Below are positions 17,504 through 27,999 of a stretch of 64,000 nt of DNA, piece after piece. Below the pieces are notes generated by a model. The model saw nothing but the letters and a program-made list of their open reading frames with translations. It searched no databases and was not told the DNA's origin. Source of the stretch: an uncultured virus (IMG/VR IMGVR_UViG_3300025327_000001) (lineage: Duplodnaviria; Heunggongvirae; Uroviricota; Caudoviricetes); the IMG/VR virus record IMGVR_UViG_3300025327_000001; one strand, 5' to 3'. The stretch's first letter is position 1. Each line of letters starts with the position of its first letter. The translations under genes and the position numbers were made by a program.

Positions 17504-18802
17504 ATGACTGACTCTTATGTTCAAGTACCTACGGATTCCACTGGTAAGAAATTAGATACTGAACAATTAGCAGTTGGGGCTAATACAGTAGAACGCGAAC
17601 GGATGCAAATTGCTGGTGCATCTGCTCTTGAAATTGCCCGCGTTCTTAATTCTGCTCCTGCTGGAACTGAGTATGCTTTAATTGTACGAAATATACCATC
17701 AGGAACACAAACAGTATCAGGAACGGTAACGGCTAATGCTGGAACTGGTCCATTTGCAGTATCAGACAATTCTGGTTCTTTGACTGTAGATGCTCCTGTA
17801 GGGACTCCAGTTGCTGTTAGAATATCTGATGGTACTTCGTTCTTAACTACGACATCAGGAAGATTATCCGTTGATGGTAGTGGCGTTACACAACCTATAT
17901 CTGGTACAGTTACGGCGAATGCTGGAACGGGAACATTCACTGTAGATTTAACAGACGAGGTAGCGAGAGAAGTTGGGTTAGTTAGAGGGAAAACAGGTGC
18001 TATAACATTAGGCGATGGAGAATCAAATAATATTGGTTCTTGGATTAATGATACTGGTGGAAGAGTAGTACAAGAAGTATTCCCAATGGTTTATAATGGT
18101 ACTACATGGGATAGAATACGGGGGGATATTACCAATGGTCTTGATGTCGATGTCACGAGAGTATCAGGTGTAGTCGATGTCACGCCCACTTCTCCTGTGG
18201 CTACAGATTATCTCCCTGTCCGCGTAAGCGATGGTACTAGTTTCATATCTTCGCCAACATTCTCTCAGAATTTAGCCGATGATGTATCCAACACAATGGA
18301 TGCTTATCGACATTATTCTTTTCCCTTTATATTTGATGGTTCTACTTGGGATCGCACTCGTGGTGATTCTGCCAATGGAATGGATGTTGATGTAACACGG
18401 TTGAACGACGGTGGAAACAGCATTACCGTTGACCAAGCAACCCCTGCGAATTTACAAGTACAGGCAAGATTGGCAGACCAGACAAAAACAATATTACGAG
18501 CGATAATAGATTTTACAGGTACTGGTGATAATACAATCGTTGCAGCCGATGTATCCAATAAAATAAAAGTCCTTGGATTTTCATTGGTTGCAGGTACGGC
18601 TACAAACTTACGATGGAAATCTGGAGCAGCAACAAGTCTTTCAGGATTGATGAATTTTGGTGCAAATATGGGATGGGTTCAACCCCCTCCTGCTACACCA
18701 GATTTACATTGGATTGAAACGGCAGTAAACCAAGCATTGATATTAAATCAATCTGGGACCGCACAAGTTGGTGGTTTTATTACGTATTATAAGGAGGCGT
18801 GA
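17504..18802 (+). CDS. Repeat-containing fibre protein (paralogue of 18971-21295)
   Basis: SGTVTANAGTG and (Y/F)xGxTWDRxRGD..NG(L/M)DVDVTR repeats. Confidence 0.75.
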   Translation: MTDSYVQVPTDSTGKKLDTEQLAVGANTVERERMQIAGASALEIARVLNSAPAGTEYALIVRNIPSGTQTVSGTVTANAGTGPFAVSDNSGSLTVDAPVGTPVAVRISDGTSFLTTTSGRLSVDGSGVTQPISGTVTANAGTGTFTVDLTDEVAREVGLVRGKTGAITLGDGESNNIGSWINDTGGRVVQEVFPMVYNGTTWDRIRGDITNGLDVDVTRVSGVVDVTPTSPVATDYLPVRVSDGTSFISSPTFSQNLADDVSNTMDAYRHYSFPFIFDGSTWDRTRGDSANGMDVDVTRLNDGGNSITVDQATPANLQVQARLADQTKTILRAIIDFTGTGDNTIVAADVSNKIKVLGFSLVAGTATNLRWKSGAATSLSGLMNFGANMGWVQPPPATPDLHWIETAVNQALILNQSGTAQVGGFITYYKEA

Positions 18803-18969
18803 TAAATATTCCTCTGGCATGGGCGCATTCATTATATTGGATGGACCAAGGGGAAGCACCACCAGAAGTTCCACAGCAATGGGGAATGGGATTCTTTAAA
18901 GGCCCTGCATCATTGATGATGATAACAGTATATTTATCTATGATATTAACTCTATTAAAGGTGTTCTAA
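18799..18969 (+). CDS. 56-aa aromatic/hydrophobic micro-protein (MINIPLAWAHSLYW...)
   Basis: GGAGG RBS, GTGA overlap; fills the gap exactly. Confidence 0.6.
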   Translation: MINIPLAWAHSLYWMDQGEAPPEVPQQWGMGFFKGPASLMMITVYLSMILTLLKVF

Positions 18970-18970
18970 T

Positions 18971-21295
18971 ATGGCGAATAACAGTATTGGACTCGATGAA
19001 CCAGCCACAATCGACAAGCGGCTTCAGACATATGATGGCACAGTTTCTGCTGTAACTGTACATCGTGAAGTTGTTGTATTAGGAGATTATACTACATTTG
19101 GTGATACAGGCGAAGGAACAGCACGGATTATGACATCCGCACCTGCTGGTACAGAAGGTGCTATCGTTGTCAGAAATATCCCAAGTGGCACACAGACTGT
19201 CAGCGGTACTATCACGGCAAACGCAGGAACTGGTGTATTTGACGTTACTCCTGCATCACCACTAGCAAATGATTATTTGCCAGTTCGGGTTACAGACGGT
19301 ACTAATTTTCTGGGAACCACGGCAAATCCTGTAATAACAAGGATTAGTGATGGAACAGATTCTGTTTTAGTAACAGCCGCTGGCGCATTAGTAGTCGATG
19401 GTACTGGTGTTACGCAGCCAGTATCTGGCACAGTTACTGCCAATGCCGGGACAGGAGTATTTGATGTAACACCAGTATCTCCCGTTGCAACAGACTATTT
19501 ACCAGCACGAATAACAGACGGTTCTGCATTTTTAGACCCAAGAGAAGGGGCTAGAGATACAATTGTAACGGGAAATATTACGGCTCTTAATGGAACTGTA
19601 GTCGCTACAACGGAAGGAAAGTTAGGAGCGTCTGTACTTTTAAGTGGTACTTGGTCAGCCACGGCAGTTTTTGAAGTTTCTAATGACAATTCAACGTGGA
19701 AGTCTGTTTATGTACAAGATGTTTCCATACCATTGCCAGTTTTAAATACCACATTTAATAATTTATATACATTTTATGATTTAAATGGAATATCTCATAT
19801 TCGAGTTAGAGCAAGTATATTTACTAGTGGTCAAATTGATGTCAGATTTTTATTAAATAGCAATAAATCCACTATTCAACCATACGTATATTCAGAAAGT
19901 GCATCTGCAACTTCTGTGTCTCCAATTGCAGTTGTAGGAGGAAAAACCGCTGCATTTTCTACAGAAGCAGTTGAAATTGCTACATCTGCGCCGGGCGGGG
20001 CTGCTCCGGGGTTTGTTGTTCGTAACATTCCTTCTGGTACTCAAACAGTCTCGGTGTCCAACGCCTTGACAATTACTACTTTTCCTGATAATGAACCATT
20101 TAATTTAAATCAATATGGTGGAACGGCAACAACATTAGGTCAAAAGACAATGACAGCATCGATGCCTGTTGTTATTGCATCTGACCAATCTGCCGTTTCT
20201 GTATCTGGTACGGGTGTTTTCGATGTAACACCAGCAAGCCCAGTAGCGACTGATTATCTACCTGCCAGAATCACCGATGGTTCAGTGTTCTTAGACCCAA
20301 GAGAGGGAGTACGGGATTCAGTCACTACAGGAACAATGGCGGCGTTAGATGCTGCTGTTTCTGCTGTAGTCGAAGGGAAAAGAGGAGTATCAATATTATT
20401 AACGGGAACATGGAGTGCCACTGTAAATTTCGAAGTAAGTAATGATGGCACAAACTGGTTTGTCTTCCCGATATATGGTTCTGATTTTTATAATCCATAT
20501 CTTACAACAACAGGGAATGGATTATTCTTTTTAATGGCTTCGGCAGGGGTTTCTCATGTCAGAGTCCGGTCAAATCCATATACTTCGGGAACTGTTAATG
20601 TCAGAATAGTGTTGACAGAAGATAGAACAACTATTCCCCTTGTCCGTGATGTAACATCAACATTCTTCGGACTTCCTATAGCTGGTTATGATACTACTTC
20701 CCAACCAAGGACTTTGACACTCGCCAGTGGTGCACCCGGAGCCGGAGATTATGGTGTTGTAGTTCGTCAGGTTGGTTCTCTTGTTGTAACACAAGCAACA
20801 GCTTCAAGCTTAAATGCAGAAGTGCAAGGAAATGCTGCACACGATGTAGCAGTATCAGGCAACCCATTATTCATGGGAGCGAGAGCAAATGCAAACGAAC
20901 CAACAGCCGTACAAGATGGAGATAATACACATCTATGGGCTGATTTGTTAGGCCGTCTGGTTGTCGTTGATGGCCATCCAACAACGGAAGCTCCAGTTAC
21001 AGCTAATGGAAGTGCATCAGGGACATCTGTTATTGCTGCCCCCGGCGCAGGCGTCAGTCTATATATCAAAAAAGGTTCCATGCATAACAGAGCAGCGACC
21101 GAAACGGTGGTAAGTCTAAGAGAAGGAGCAGCAGGGACGATACGATTTACTGCCAATTTAGCAGCAGATGGAGGAGGTACAATATTTGACTTTGGTTCTG
21201 CTGGATGGAAATTACCAGCAAATACTGCTTTAATTGCAGATATAGGACAAGCAAGCGTAGATGTGAATATTACAGATTATTACATAGCAGCATAA
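18971..21295 (+). CDS. Long repeat-containing fibre protein
   Basis: Three GTGVFDVTPxSPxAxDYLPxRxTDG units and two duplicated ~110-aa beta domains. Confidence 0.8.
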   Translation: MANNSIGLDEPATIDKRLQTYDGTVSAVTVHREVVVLGDYTTFGDTGEGTARIMTSAPAGTEGAIVVRNIPSGTQTVSGTITANAGTGVFDVTPASPLANDYLPVRVTDGTNFLGTTANPVITRISDGTDSVLVTAAGALVVDGTGVTQPVSGTVTANAGTGVFDVTPVSPVATDYLPARITDGSAFLDPREGARDTIVTGNITALNGTVVATTEGKLGASVLLSGTWSATAVFEVSNDNSTWKSVYVQDVSIPLPVLNTTFNNLYTFYDLNGISHIRVRASIFTSGQIDVRFLLNSNKSTIQPYVYSESASATSVSPIAVVGGKTAAFSTEAVEIATSAPGGAAPGFVVRNIPSGTQTVSVSNALTITTFPDNEPFNLNQYGGTATTLGQKTMTASMPVVIASDQSAVSVSGTGVFDVTPASPVATDYLPARITDGSVFLDPREGVRDSVTTGTMAALDAAVSAVVEGKRGVSILLTGTWSATVNFEVSNDGTNWFVFPIYGSDFYNPYLTTTGNGLFFLMASAGVSHVRVRSNPYTSGTVNVRIVLTEDRTTIPLVRDVTSTFFGLPIAGYDTTSQPRTLTLASGAPGAGDYGVVVRQVGSLVVTQATASSLNAEVQGNAAHDVAVSGNPLFMGARANANEPTAVQDGDNTHLWADLLGRLVVVDGHPTTEAPVTANGSASGTSVIAAPGAGVSLYIKKGSMHNRAATETVVSLREGAAGTIRFTANLAADGGGTIFDFGSAGWKLPANTALIADIGQASVDVNITDYYIAA

Positions 21296-21306
21296 GGTGA
21301 AAAAGA

Positions 21307-23295
21307 ATGGTAAGTGACTATCTGGCCGGATATGGTATACATTCTGTTGACTTCGACCAGTTTGTAGAAGCCATCAAAGCAAACGGCACAAATGGCGTAA
21401 TTTCTGGTTTAGCAGTTGCACAACGTGGGGCCGGAGCAAACATGAGCGTGGATGTTGCTTCGGGAAAAGCACGAGTAAATGGGACTATACGTACATTTTC
21501 TTCTACTACCAATGTTGTAATATCTGCATCAGACCCAACAAACCCACGTAAAGATTTGATTGTAATCAATTCTGCTGGGACGCTTATTGCAAGAACTGGA
21601 ACCGCAGCCGCAGCCGACCCAGTTGCGAATACAAAGAGAGAGACATTCTCACCAGACCCGCCAGAAATGACTGCTGGAGATATTGTATTGGCTGAGGTAT
21701 GGGTGGGTGCAGGTGTTACTTCTATTCTTACAGCGGATATATCAGATCGTTCTCTGACAGCTATATTCCCTAACAATATAAGAGTGGCAAATGAATTTCC
21801 CGGAGCAGATATTGGAGCACAAGTTGGTGCTGCTAATACCGATATTGGTGGTGCTACACCGGGAGTAATCATTGTTCAACCGGGAACATATACATGGTCA
21901 ACAGCAGCATCGTTGAGTGATGATAGAGTTGTAATATTATATGGAACGTTCATAACTAATGGTTCTAGTGCAGGAACAACATTATTGACAATGGGAAATC
22001 GTAGTCTTGTTTTAGGTGGTGAATTTACAGGGGGTCCAACTGGTAATGGAACTCATATAATCATTACAAAATCTGCAAGAATTATTGGTACTACTTTCTC
22101 TGGGACTGCAACAACTGGCGAAGCGGTATTATCGAATCCTGCCTCTACCGTAGATGGAGCACCGGGCGTGATAGGATGTTACTTCATAAGCTGCAATAGG
22201 GGGATTACAACAACTGGTAGTACTGGACTCGTGACTTTTATAGCAAACAATAGTTTTCGTGCATGTACTACAGGAATCTCTGTTACACAGAGTTTCCGAA
22301 TAGGACCAGACAATGATTTTGCAATAACGAATGCGGCTCATGTTGGCATTTCGATTGGCTCTACAACACAGGGTTCTGTTTTCGATAATCACTTCATTTC
22401 GTCAACGACAGCTACTGCCATTGCTTATTCTAATTCTGTAGCCAATATAGATTTTCTATGTATTGAGGGAAATAACTTCACCGGCTCGAATAATATGGTT
22501 GGAATATCTCTAACTGGTTCTTCAAATGCTGATATTGTCAGGATATGTGAAAATACTTTTTATGGATGTGCTAAGGGTATAACATCAGGAGTCTCTGGTA
22601 GCGGGAATTTTGCTATTAATAGTAATGTTTTCAATGCATGTCAAACTGCAGATGTAGAATTTACTACTACAGTACCTTCATATATGTTATACAATAACAA
22701 AACTATAGCATCTGCAAATGGTATCGTTTATACAGCAACTCCTACAACTGTTAATATAGCCTCAAACGAATCAAATCATGCGTCTTGGTTGAATAATGTT
22801 GCTGTAATACCTAAATTCGCTGCATTAGTACCATCAGCAGCAATATTACCAGCATCGGGAGCACCTACACTAGCTCAAATTGATGGTACCAATGTATCTT
22901 ACAAAGTACTAGATTTCGCTGATGCTGCAACTTCATCCTGTTATTGGGTTTTTGCATTACCTGTGGGATGGAAAGAACGAAATATCGTATTCAAGGTTCG
23001 ATGGAGGGCCACGGCAGCAACAACAGGAAACGTAGTATGGGATATCGCTGTCGCCGGAGTCATAGAAACTGAATCGTTAGACCCTGCATTAACTGCTTTT
23101 GGGAATACCACTGGCGATGCAGCGGCTGGAACATTAGGGCAGATGAGCGAATTCACTATAACATTTGCATCTACTTCTTTTGCATTAGACGGTGGGGATT
23201 TATTATATGTCAGATTGCAACGTCTTGGAGCCCATGCAAACGATACCATGACAGAAAATGCAAGACTAGTACAAATAACTGTTGATTTGCAGTAG
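21307..23295 (+). CDS. Fibre/appendage protein B with a central parallel beta-helix
   Basis: Paralogue of 15351-16304 plus ~340 aa of IxxNxF repeats. Confidence 0.8.
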   Translation: MVSDYLAGYGIHSVDFDQFVEAIKANGTNGVISGLAVAQRGAGANMSVDVASGKARVNGTIRTFSSTTNVVISASDPTNPRKDLIVINSAGTLIARTGTAAAADPVANTKRETFSPDPPEMTAGDIVLAEVWVGAGVTSILTADISDRSLTAIFPNNIRVANEFPGADIGAQVGAANTDIGGATPGVIIVQPGTYTWSTAASLSDDRVVILYGTFITNGSSAGTTLLTMGNRSLVLGGEFTGGPTGNGTHIIITKSARIIGTTFSGTATTGEAVLSNPASTVDGAPGVIGCYFISCNRGITTTGSTGLVTFIANNSFRACTTGISVTQSFRIGPDNDFAITNAAHVGISIGSTTQGSVFDNHFISSTTATAIAYSNSVANIDFLCIEGNNFTGSNNMVGISLTGSSNADIVRICENTFYGCAKGITSGVSGSGNFAINSNVFNACQTADVEFTTTVPSYMLYNNKTIASANGIVYTATPTTVNIASNESNHASWLNNVAVIPKFAALVPSAAILPASGAPTLAQIDGTNVSYKVLDFADAATSSCYWVFALPVGWKERNIVFKVRWRATAATTGNVVWDIAVAGVIETESLDPALTAFGNTTGDAAAGTLGQMSEFTITFASTSFALDGGDLLYVRLQRLGAHANDTMTENARLVQITVDLQ

Positions 23296-23309
23296 TGATA
23301 GTGATCATC

Positions 23310-23606
23310 ATGAAGGTTATTGGGTGGAGGATTTATTATACAGATGGAACTACATACGATTCAAATATGGGAGTATGGTCAGAGGCCCCATGCGATGGAG
23401 TCCAATTTGTGATAGAATATATGGAGGATGGAACTAAAAACATACATAGAGGAGAAGATTATTATATATATAGAGATGGGACATTGATGACACCTAACAA
23501 TCTCAGGCCGTTCCTAATAGCTATAGGATTCAAGTTTGGGGAATGGACCAATCATGACAATTTTGCCAAAATACAAGAAATGGCGAACAATGATGGTGGA
23601 TTGTAA
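23310..23606 (+). CDS. Small virion-module protein (MKVIGWRIYYTDG...)
   Basis: ORF within the fibre operon; TAATG coupling to the next gene. Confidence 0.6.
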   Translation: MKVIGWRIYYTDGTTYDSNMGVWSEAPCDGVQFVIEYMEDGTKNIHRGEDYYIYRDGTLMTPNNLRPFLIAIGFKFGEWTNHDNFAKIQEMANNDGGL

Positions 23607-24259
23607 TGGCTACAAGATTGTATTTACGTAATACAACACCGACGAATGACCCCGGAGAAACAGAACGTTCTACTGCATTGCCAGTACATGCAGATAATAG
23701 TGATTTTGGTATTGCTGTTAAATCTCTCAGTGTTGTCAAAGGGGCATCACAGACATCGGTAGGAGGGAATTCTCTTGCAACTACAAACGCCCAAGATAAT
23801 TTCTTCACATCCTTTTCGTCTGCCGCTTTAGGTGCCCAGACGATTAATGCGAATACATGGACTTTAGCCGTGGCCACATCAGAAGCGAATGGTCAGGCTA
23901 ATTCATTTACAATTTGTTCTGTATATGTATTCAGAGAACCATCGACCGTAGTGGGATTTATTTATGATTCGGATACTGCGTTAGGGGCAGAATGGGGGGC
24001 ATCGGAAGACGGTCAAGTATTGACATTTTCTGGTGCTTCAGTAACGGCACAGGAGGGCGATTATCTGGTGTTGGAATTCTGGCGTCATGCTATACAAGGA
24101 ATGACAACGGCGTATACACAGACATTGTATTATGATGGGACTACGGATGTTACTGATACCACATCGGCAGATGCAGCCAGTTATATAGAAACACCACAGA
24201 ATCTTACCTTTTTCTCAGCAAATATACAAGTCAATACGCCACATGGCTTCTGGATGTGA
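23606..24259 (+). CDS. Beta-rich putative adhesin domain protein
   Basis: Thr/Ser/Ala-rich; ends TPHGFWM. Confidence 0.65.
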   Translation: MATRLYLRNTTPTNDPGETERSTALPVHADNSDFGIAVKSLSVVKGASQTSVGGNSLATTNAQDNFFTSFSSAALGAQTINANTWTLAVATSEANGQANSFTICSVYVFREPSTVVGFIYDSDTALGAEWGASEDGQVLTFSGASVTAQEGDYLVLEFWRHAIQGMTTAYTQTLYYDGTTDVTDTTSADAASYIETPQNLTFFSANIQVNTPHGFWM

Positions 24260-24264
24260 TATAA

Positions 24265-24393
24265 ATGGCACAAGACGATGCTACGATAGGGAAATCCGTT
24301 ATAGGTAATGTATTGATAAGTATGCCCGGTGCAGGGGCTCCCCCCGTAACATCCTCATTATACACAATGACTACCACAGGAGTTGGTAAGTAG
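24265..24393 (+). CDS. 42-aa micro-protein (MAQDDATIGKSVIGNVLI...TTGVGK)
   Basis: Manual translation; tight packing with neighbours. Confidence 0.55.
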   Translation: MAQDDATIGKSVIGNVLISMPGAGAPPVTSSLYTMTTTGVGK

Positions 24394-24396
24394 TAA

Positions 24397-24579
24397 ATGC
24401 CAGCAGTAATCCTGAAATATTTCCATTTACAACCAACATGGGTTCCGGGTGAAGAAGGACCCGCAGCAGATATCTTAGAAACAAGGGGTGAAGCGAATTA
24501 TCTATCATTTGATGGTAAGATTATATTAGGTATTGTAGATATGGGTAGTGGAGATATAGTTATCACGCGGAGCACCTAG
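24397..24579 (+). CDS. 60-aa micro-protein
   Basis: ORF 3 nt after the previous stop. Confidence 0.5.
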   Translation: MPAVILKYFHLQPTWVPGEEGPAADILETRGEANYLSFDGKIILGIVDMGSGDIVITRST

Positions 24580-24643
24580 AATTGCTTAGAATTAAATAGC
24601 GGTTATTTAATAATAACTGGCGTGCTCTTATTAGTCTGATTTA

Positions 24644-25456
24644 ATGCCCGGTTTATCAATTAAACGGTTTTTCTATGATTGGGCCGCTGCTGCTCAATCC
24701 AAGTCATATCTAATCGATATTTTTGTTAAGAAACTGGGAGTTATAAAAGCATATATAATCGATGTTAATGTAGGCGAAGCAATTATTATTGAAAAGACAG
24801 AATCTCGTCTGGGCAGGGCTCGTCTTGGCACATTTAGGTTTGGGGAATTCGTTGTTTCTGGTGTATCTAGAACGATAGCGCGTCTTGGTGAGGCTCGCTT
24901 TGGTACATTCCGATTAGGCGAATTTATATCTGATATTATAAACCCGATAACATCGCCAAGATTTGGTATTGCACGATTAGGGACCTTCAGAATAGGTGTT
25001 CTTGGCCAAGGTCTGATGAATAAAATATATAATATAGATGTATTCACAAGGAAATACGATATAACAAAAACATACTTAACTAATGCTATTTTATTTAAGA
25101 GATTCACTAAGACGTATATTAATGATGTTATGATTAAGAGAATAGGTACTATTAAATTATATACGAACGATGTTATATTGAAAGCCACTGGTACGAATCC
25201 TAAAACGTATCTATCAGACCTGTTATTAAGAGGAATGAGAAGCAAGGTATATCTAATTAATTTGATATTACAACAAAGTAATGCATCTAAAAATTATATA
25301 TCCGGAATAATCATAAATAAGAGGATTGATAAAGCATATACACTTGATATCTTAATATTAAAGAAGTCAGAAGGTAGAGTAATCGAAATATTTGAAAAGG
25401 ATAAGGCAATAAAAATAAAGGAACATGATAGAATCATAGAAATTGGTGCTGAATGA
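24644..25456 (+). CDS. Repeat scaffold protein (KxYxxD repeats, RLG triplets)
   Basis: About ten ~15-aa KxYxx(D/N) repeats; three R(L/F)GxAR(L/F)GTFRxG blocks. Confidence 0.75.
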   Translation: MPGLSIKRFFYDWAAAAQSKSYLIDIFVKKLGVIKAYIIDVNVGEAIIIEKTESRLGRARLGTFRFGEFVVSGVSRTIARLGEARFGTFRLGEFISDIINPITSPRFGIARLGTFRIGVLGQGLMNKIYNIDVFTRKYDITKTYLTNAILFKRFTKTYINDVMIKRIGTIKLYTNDVILKATGTNPKTYLSDLLLRGMRSKVYLINLILQQSNASKNYISGIIINKRIDKAYTLDILILKKSEGRVIEIFEKDKAIKIKEHDRIIEIGAE

Positions 25457-27921
25457 CAATAGAAGGAGTACCCCCAAATCCATCTGGCGATACTATCATT
25501 AATCAGACTACACGATGGATTGATGAACCTAATTTGAATCCGGGAGGAAACATTCTTCTTGGTTCAGCATCAAATAGAATTACCTTTGAAATTAAAAATT
25601 CTACGGTTAATTTGAATGCTGGGGGAGGATATATACGACTTGGTAATACTGCGTCTAATTATAAACAAGTGACATTTAAAATATGGGATGATTCTGATAT
25701 TAATTTTGGAGTATCTAATTCAAATGGAATTATAATGGAGAGAATTACAACAGGGGCAGATAGTGCTGGTCATATTTTCATCATAGAACATTCGACCGTG
25801 GAGGGCACTGTCTTATCATTGACAGACTATCCACTTGGAATAAAACTAGATAGTGGTGGCAGTGGGTACAGAAATTCTACGGTACAGTTTTATTATTCAA
25901 TATTCCGAAATATGGGTGATTATTGGAATTCACAGAGATTCATGATTGATACTTTGATAACAAGTGGAGCTTATAGTGTTTATACAACAGATTCTTATGT
26001 TAAACAATGTCAATTTTATGCTCCTGCTGCGCAAGGCAGCCCACCAGCAAGTACACATGGTCCGATGTTTCGTGGTGGCCCAGATTTATTATGTGAAAGA
26101 AATTTATTTTCTGGCGGATTCATGAACATTGGTTTCACTCGAAAAGCAAGATATAATTACATAGCTGGTGGTTGCAGAAAGAATTATGACCCATATTCAA
26201 CTCTTAGTCAGCCAGCCTTACATGAATATAACGTTATTAAATTTACATCGAGTCTAGAACTTGGTGGTTGTAAGGATATTGATTTCTTCAGTTCTTACAC
26301 TGAATTTGCCAATAATATTTGTCTTACAACAGGTATAAATGCTCAGGAAGGCAATGCTATTAATACATATGTTCATCATAATTCATTCGTTGGTCAAGCG
26401 CCGGGTATAACTAACAGTACAGGTTCTAGAATAGTAGACAATATATCGTGGAATTATACTGAATTGACTGGCGCTTTTAATGATAGAGGACAAGGTAGCA
26501 ATACAGTATCAAGGAATATTGTAAGGGGATGTGGTGCAAATGCTTTCAGACTTGAGCGACTCATAACAGATACGACTACTTATAACACTAATTCTGTTTA
26601 TGAAGATAATATTGTTTATTCTTTCAATCAAAGTGCATATCAATCTGTTTACAATATGGCTATGAGATTAAGACGTTTAAATACTGCTAATATAAATAGG
26701 AATGTATTAAGTCATGGTGGTGCTTCTTCATCTGGTAATGAATATGGTATTTATGGTTATGATATAAGAAACACTTTATTTAAACAGAATAAAATATACG
26801 ACACTGGTGTTGGAATACATCTAACATCCGAAATAAATGTAAGTTCGAATAATACTCTTGAAGATAATATATTCAGAAATATAAAAGGTACAACACATAT
26901 CAGTTTGACAAATTCGACTGGTACAATAATCAAGAATCAAGAATTGGTAAATGGTTTGAAAGTCAATGCAACGGCCTCTAATGCTCTTACGTTTTCTTGG
27001 ACCAATTTAAAGCCATCTTCATCTTATACATTTTATCAGGATACAGTATCATCTATTGTTAACACAGATGTAACTGGTGCAGCAACAAAAATTATAACAC
27101 AACCAGCAACAATTGTAACATATAGATTAATGGGTCCTGATACACGTTATTTATATCTCATTGGTACTATACTAAGAAAAAGCAATGCTGTCAAAACATA
27201 TACTATCAATACCCAAATACAAAATGCAGTAAACATACAAAAATTATACACGATTAATGTCATTTTACAAATACCTCCTGCTTTATCAAAAGCATATTTT
27301 GTTGACTCTTTACTCAAAAAACATAATTTTACCAAATCATATATTCTTGATATTTTTACTGGTGTCTTCGAACAAACTCGTAGAAGTTCTCGTATAGGAG
27401 AATTTAGATTAAATGTTACTCGTCTTGGTGAGTATGTTCCATCTGGAAGTCTCATATCCAAAATCAAAACATATTTATCTGATGTATGGGTTCTAAAAAC
27501 ATTAATAGAAACATATATTCTGGATTCATTTATTAAAAAATTGAATACTCAGAAAACATATGTCATAAATATGCGCTTATTAAAAATACAACTTAAAACA
27601 TATATTACTGATATCATAATACGCAATAGAAATACAGTTAAAACATATAATCTAAGCGTGCGATTATTGAATCCCGGACAGGTACTAAAGAGTTATCAAG
27701 TTAATACTCATATTGGGCGAATACCATTTACAAAAGCATATACTATAGATACCATGTTATTATGCAGGTCTTTACCGAGTGCTACATTCGATAACCCCCC
27801 CGGTTTTGATGTTTCTTCTTTCGATAATTCTTTAATTAAATGCTTTAAATCTTATACAATAGATTTATTTTTAATTAAAAAACATTTGAGAGGTAAAAGA
27901 ACAAAAATAATAAGACCGTAG
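25453..27921 (+). CDS. Beta-helix protein fused to a KxYxxD-repeat scaffold
   Basis: N-terminal xxNI/V beta-helix repeats; about 13 C-terminal KxY repeats. Confidence 0.8.
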   Translation: MTIEGVPPNPSGDTIINQTTRWIDEPNLNPGGNILLGSASNRITFEIKNSTVNLNAGGGYIRLGNTASNYKQVTFKIWDDSDINFGVSNSNGIIMERITTGADSAGHIFIIEHSTVEGTVLSLTDYPLGIKLDSGGSGYRNSTVQFYYSIFRNMGDYWNSQRFMIDTLITSGAYSVYTTDSYVKQCQFYAPAAQGSPPASTHGPMFRGGPDLLCERNLFSGGFMNIGFTRKARYNYIAGGCRKNYDPYSTLSQPALHEYNVIKFTSSLELGGCKDIDFFSSYTEFANNICLTTGINAQEGNAINTYVHHNSFVGQAPGITNSTGSRIVDNISWNYTELTGAFNDRGQGSNTVSRNIVRGCGANAFRLERLITDTTTYNTNSVYEDNIVYSFNQSAYQSVYNMAMRLRRLNTANINRNVLSHGGASSSGNEYGIYGYDIRNTLFKQNKIYDTGVGIHLTSEINVSSNNTLEDNIFRNIKGTTHISLTNSTGTIIKNQELVNGLKVNATASNALTFSWTNLKPSSSYTFYQDTVSSIVNTDVTGAATKIITQPATIVTYRLMGPDTRYLYLIGTILRKSNAVKTYTINTQIQNAVNIQKLYTINVILQIPPALSKAYFVDSLLKKHNFTKSYILDIFTGVFEQTRRSSRIGEFRLNVTRLGEYVPSGSLISKIKTYLSDVWVLKTLIETYILDSFIKKLNTQKTYVINMRLLKIQLKTYITDIIIRNRNTVKTYNLSVRLLNPGQVLKSYQVNTHIGRIPFTKAYTIDTMLLCRSLPSATFDNPPGFDVSSFDNSLIKCFKSYTIDLFLIKKHLRGKRTKIIRP

Positions 27922-27999
27922 AATAAAAAGACCAAATAGTTATATGTATAGTTATATGTATTATCGTATATAATCATATATGTGTCATGTGGTATATAA

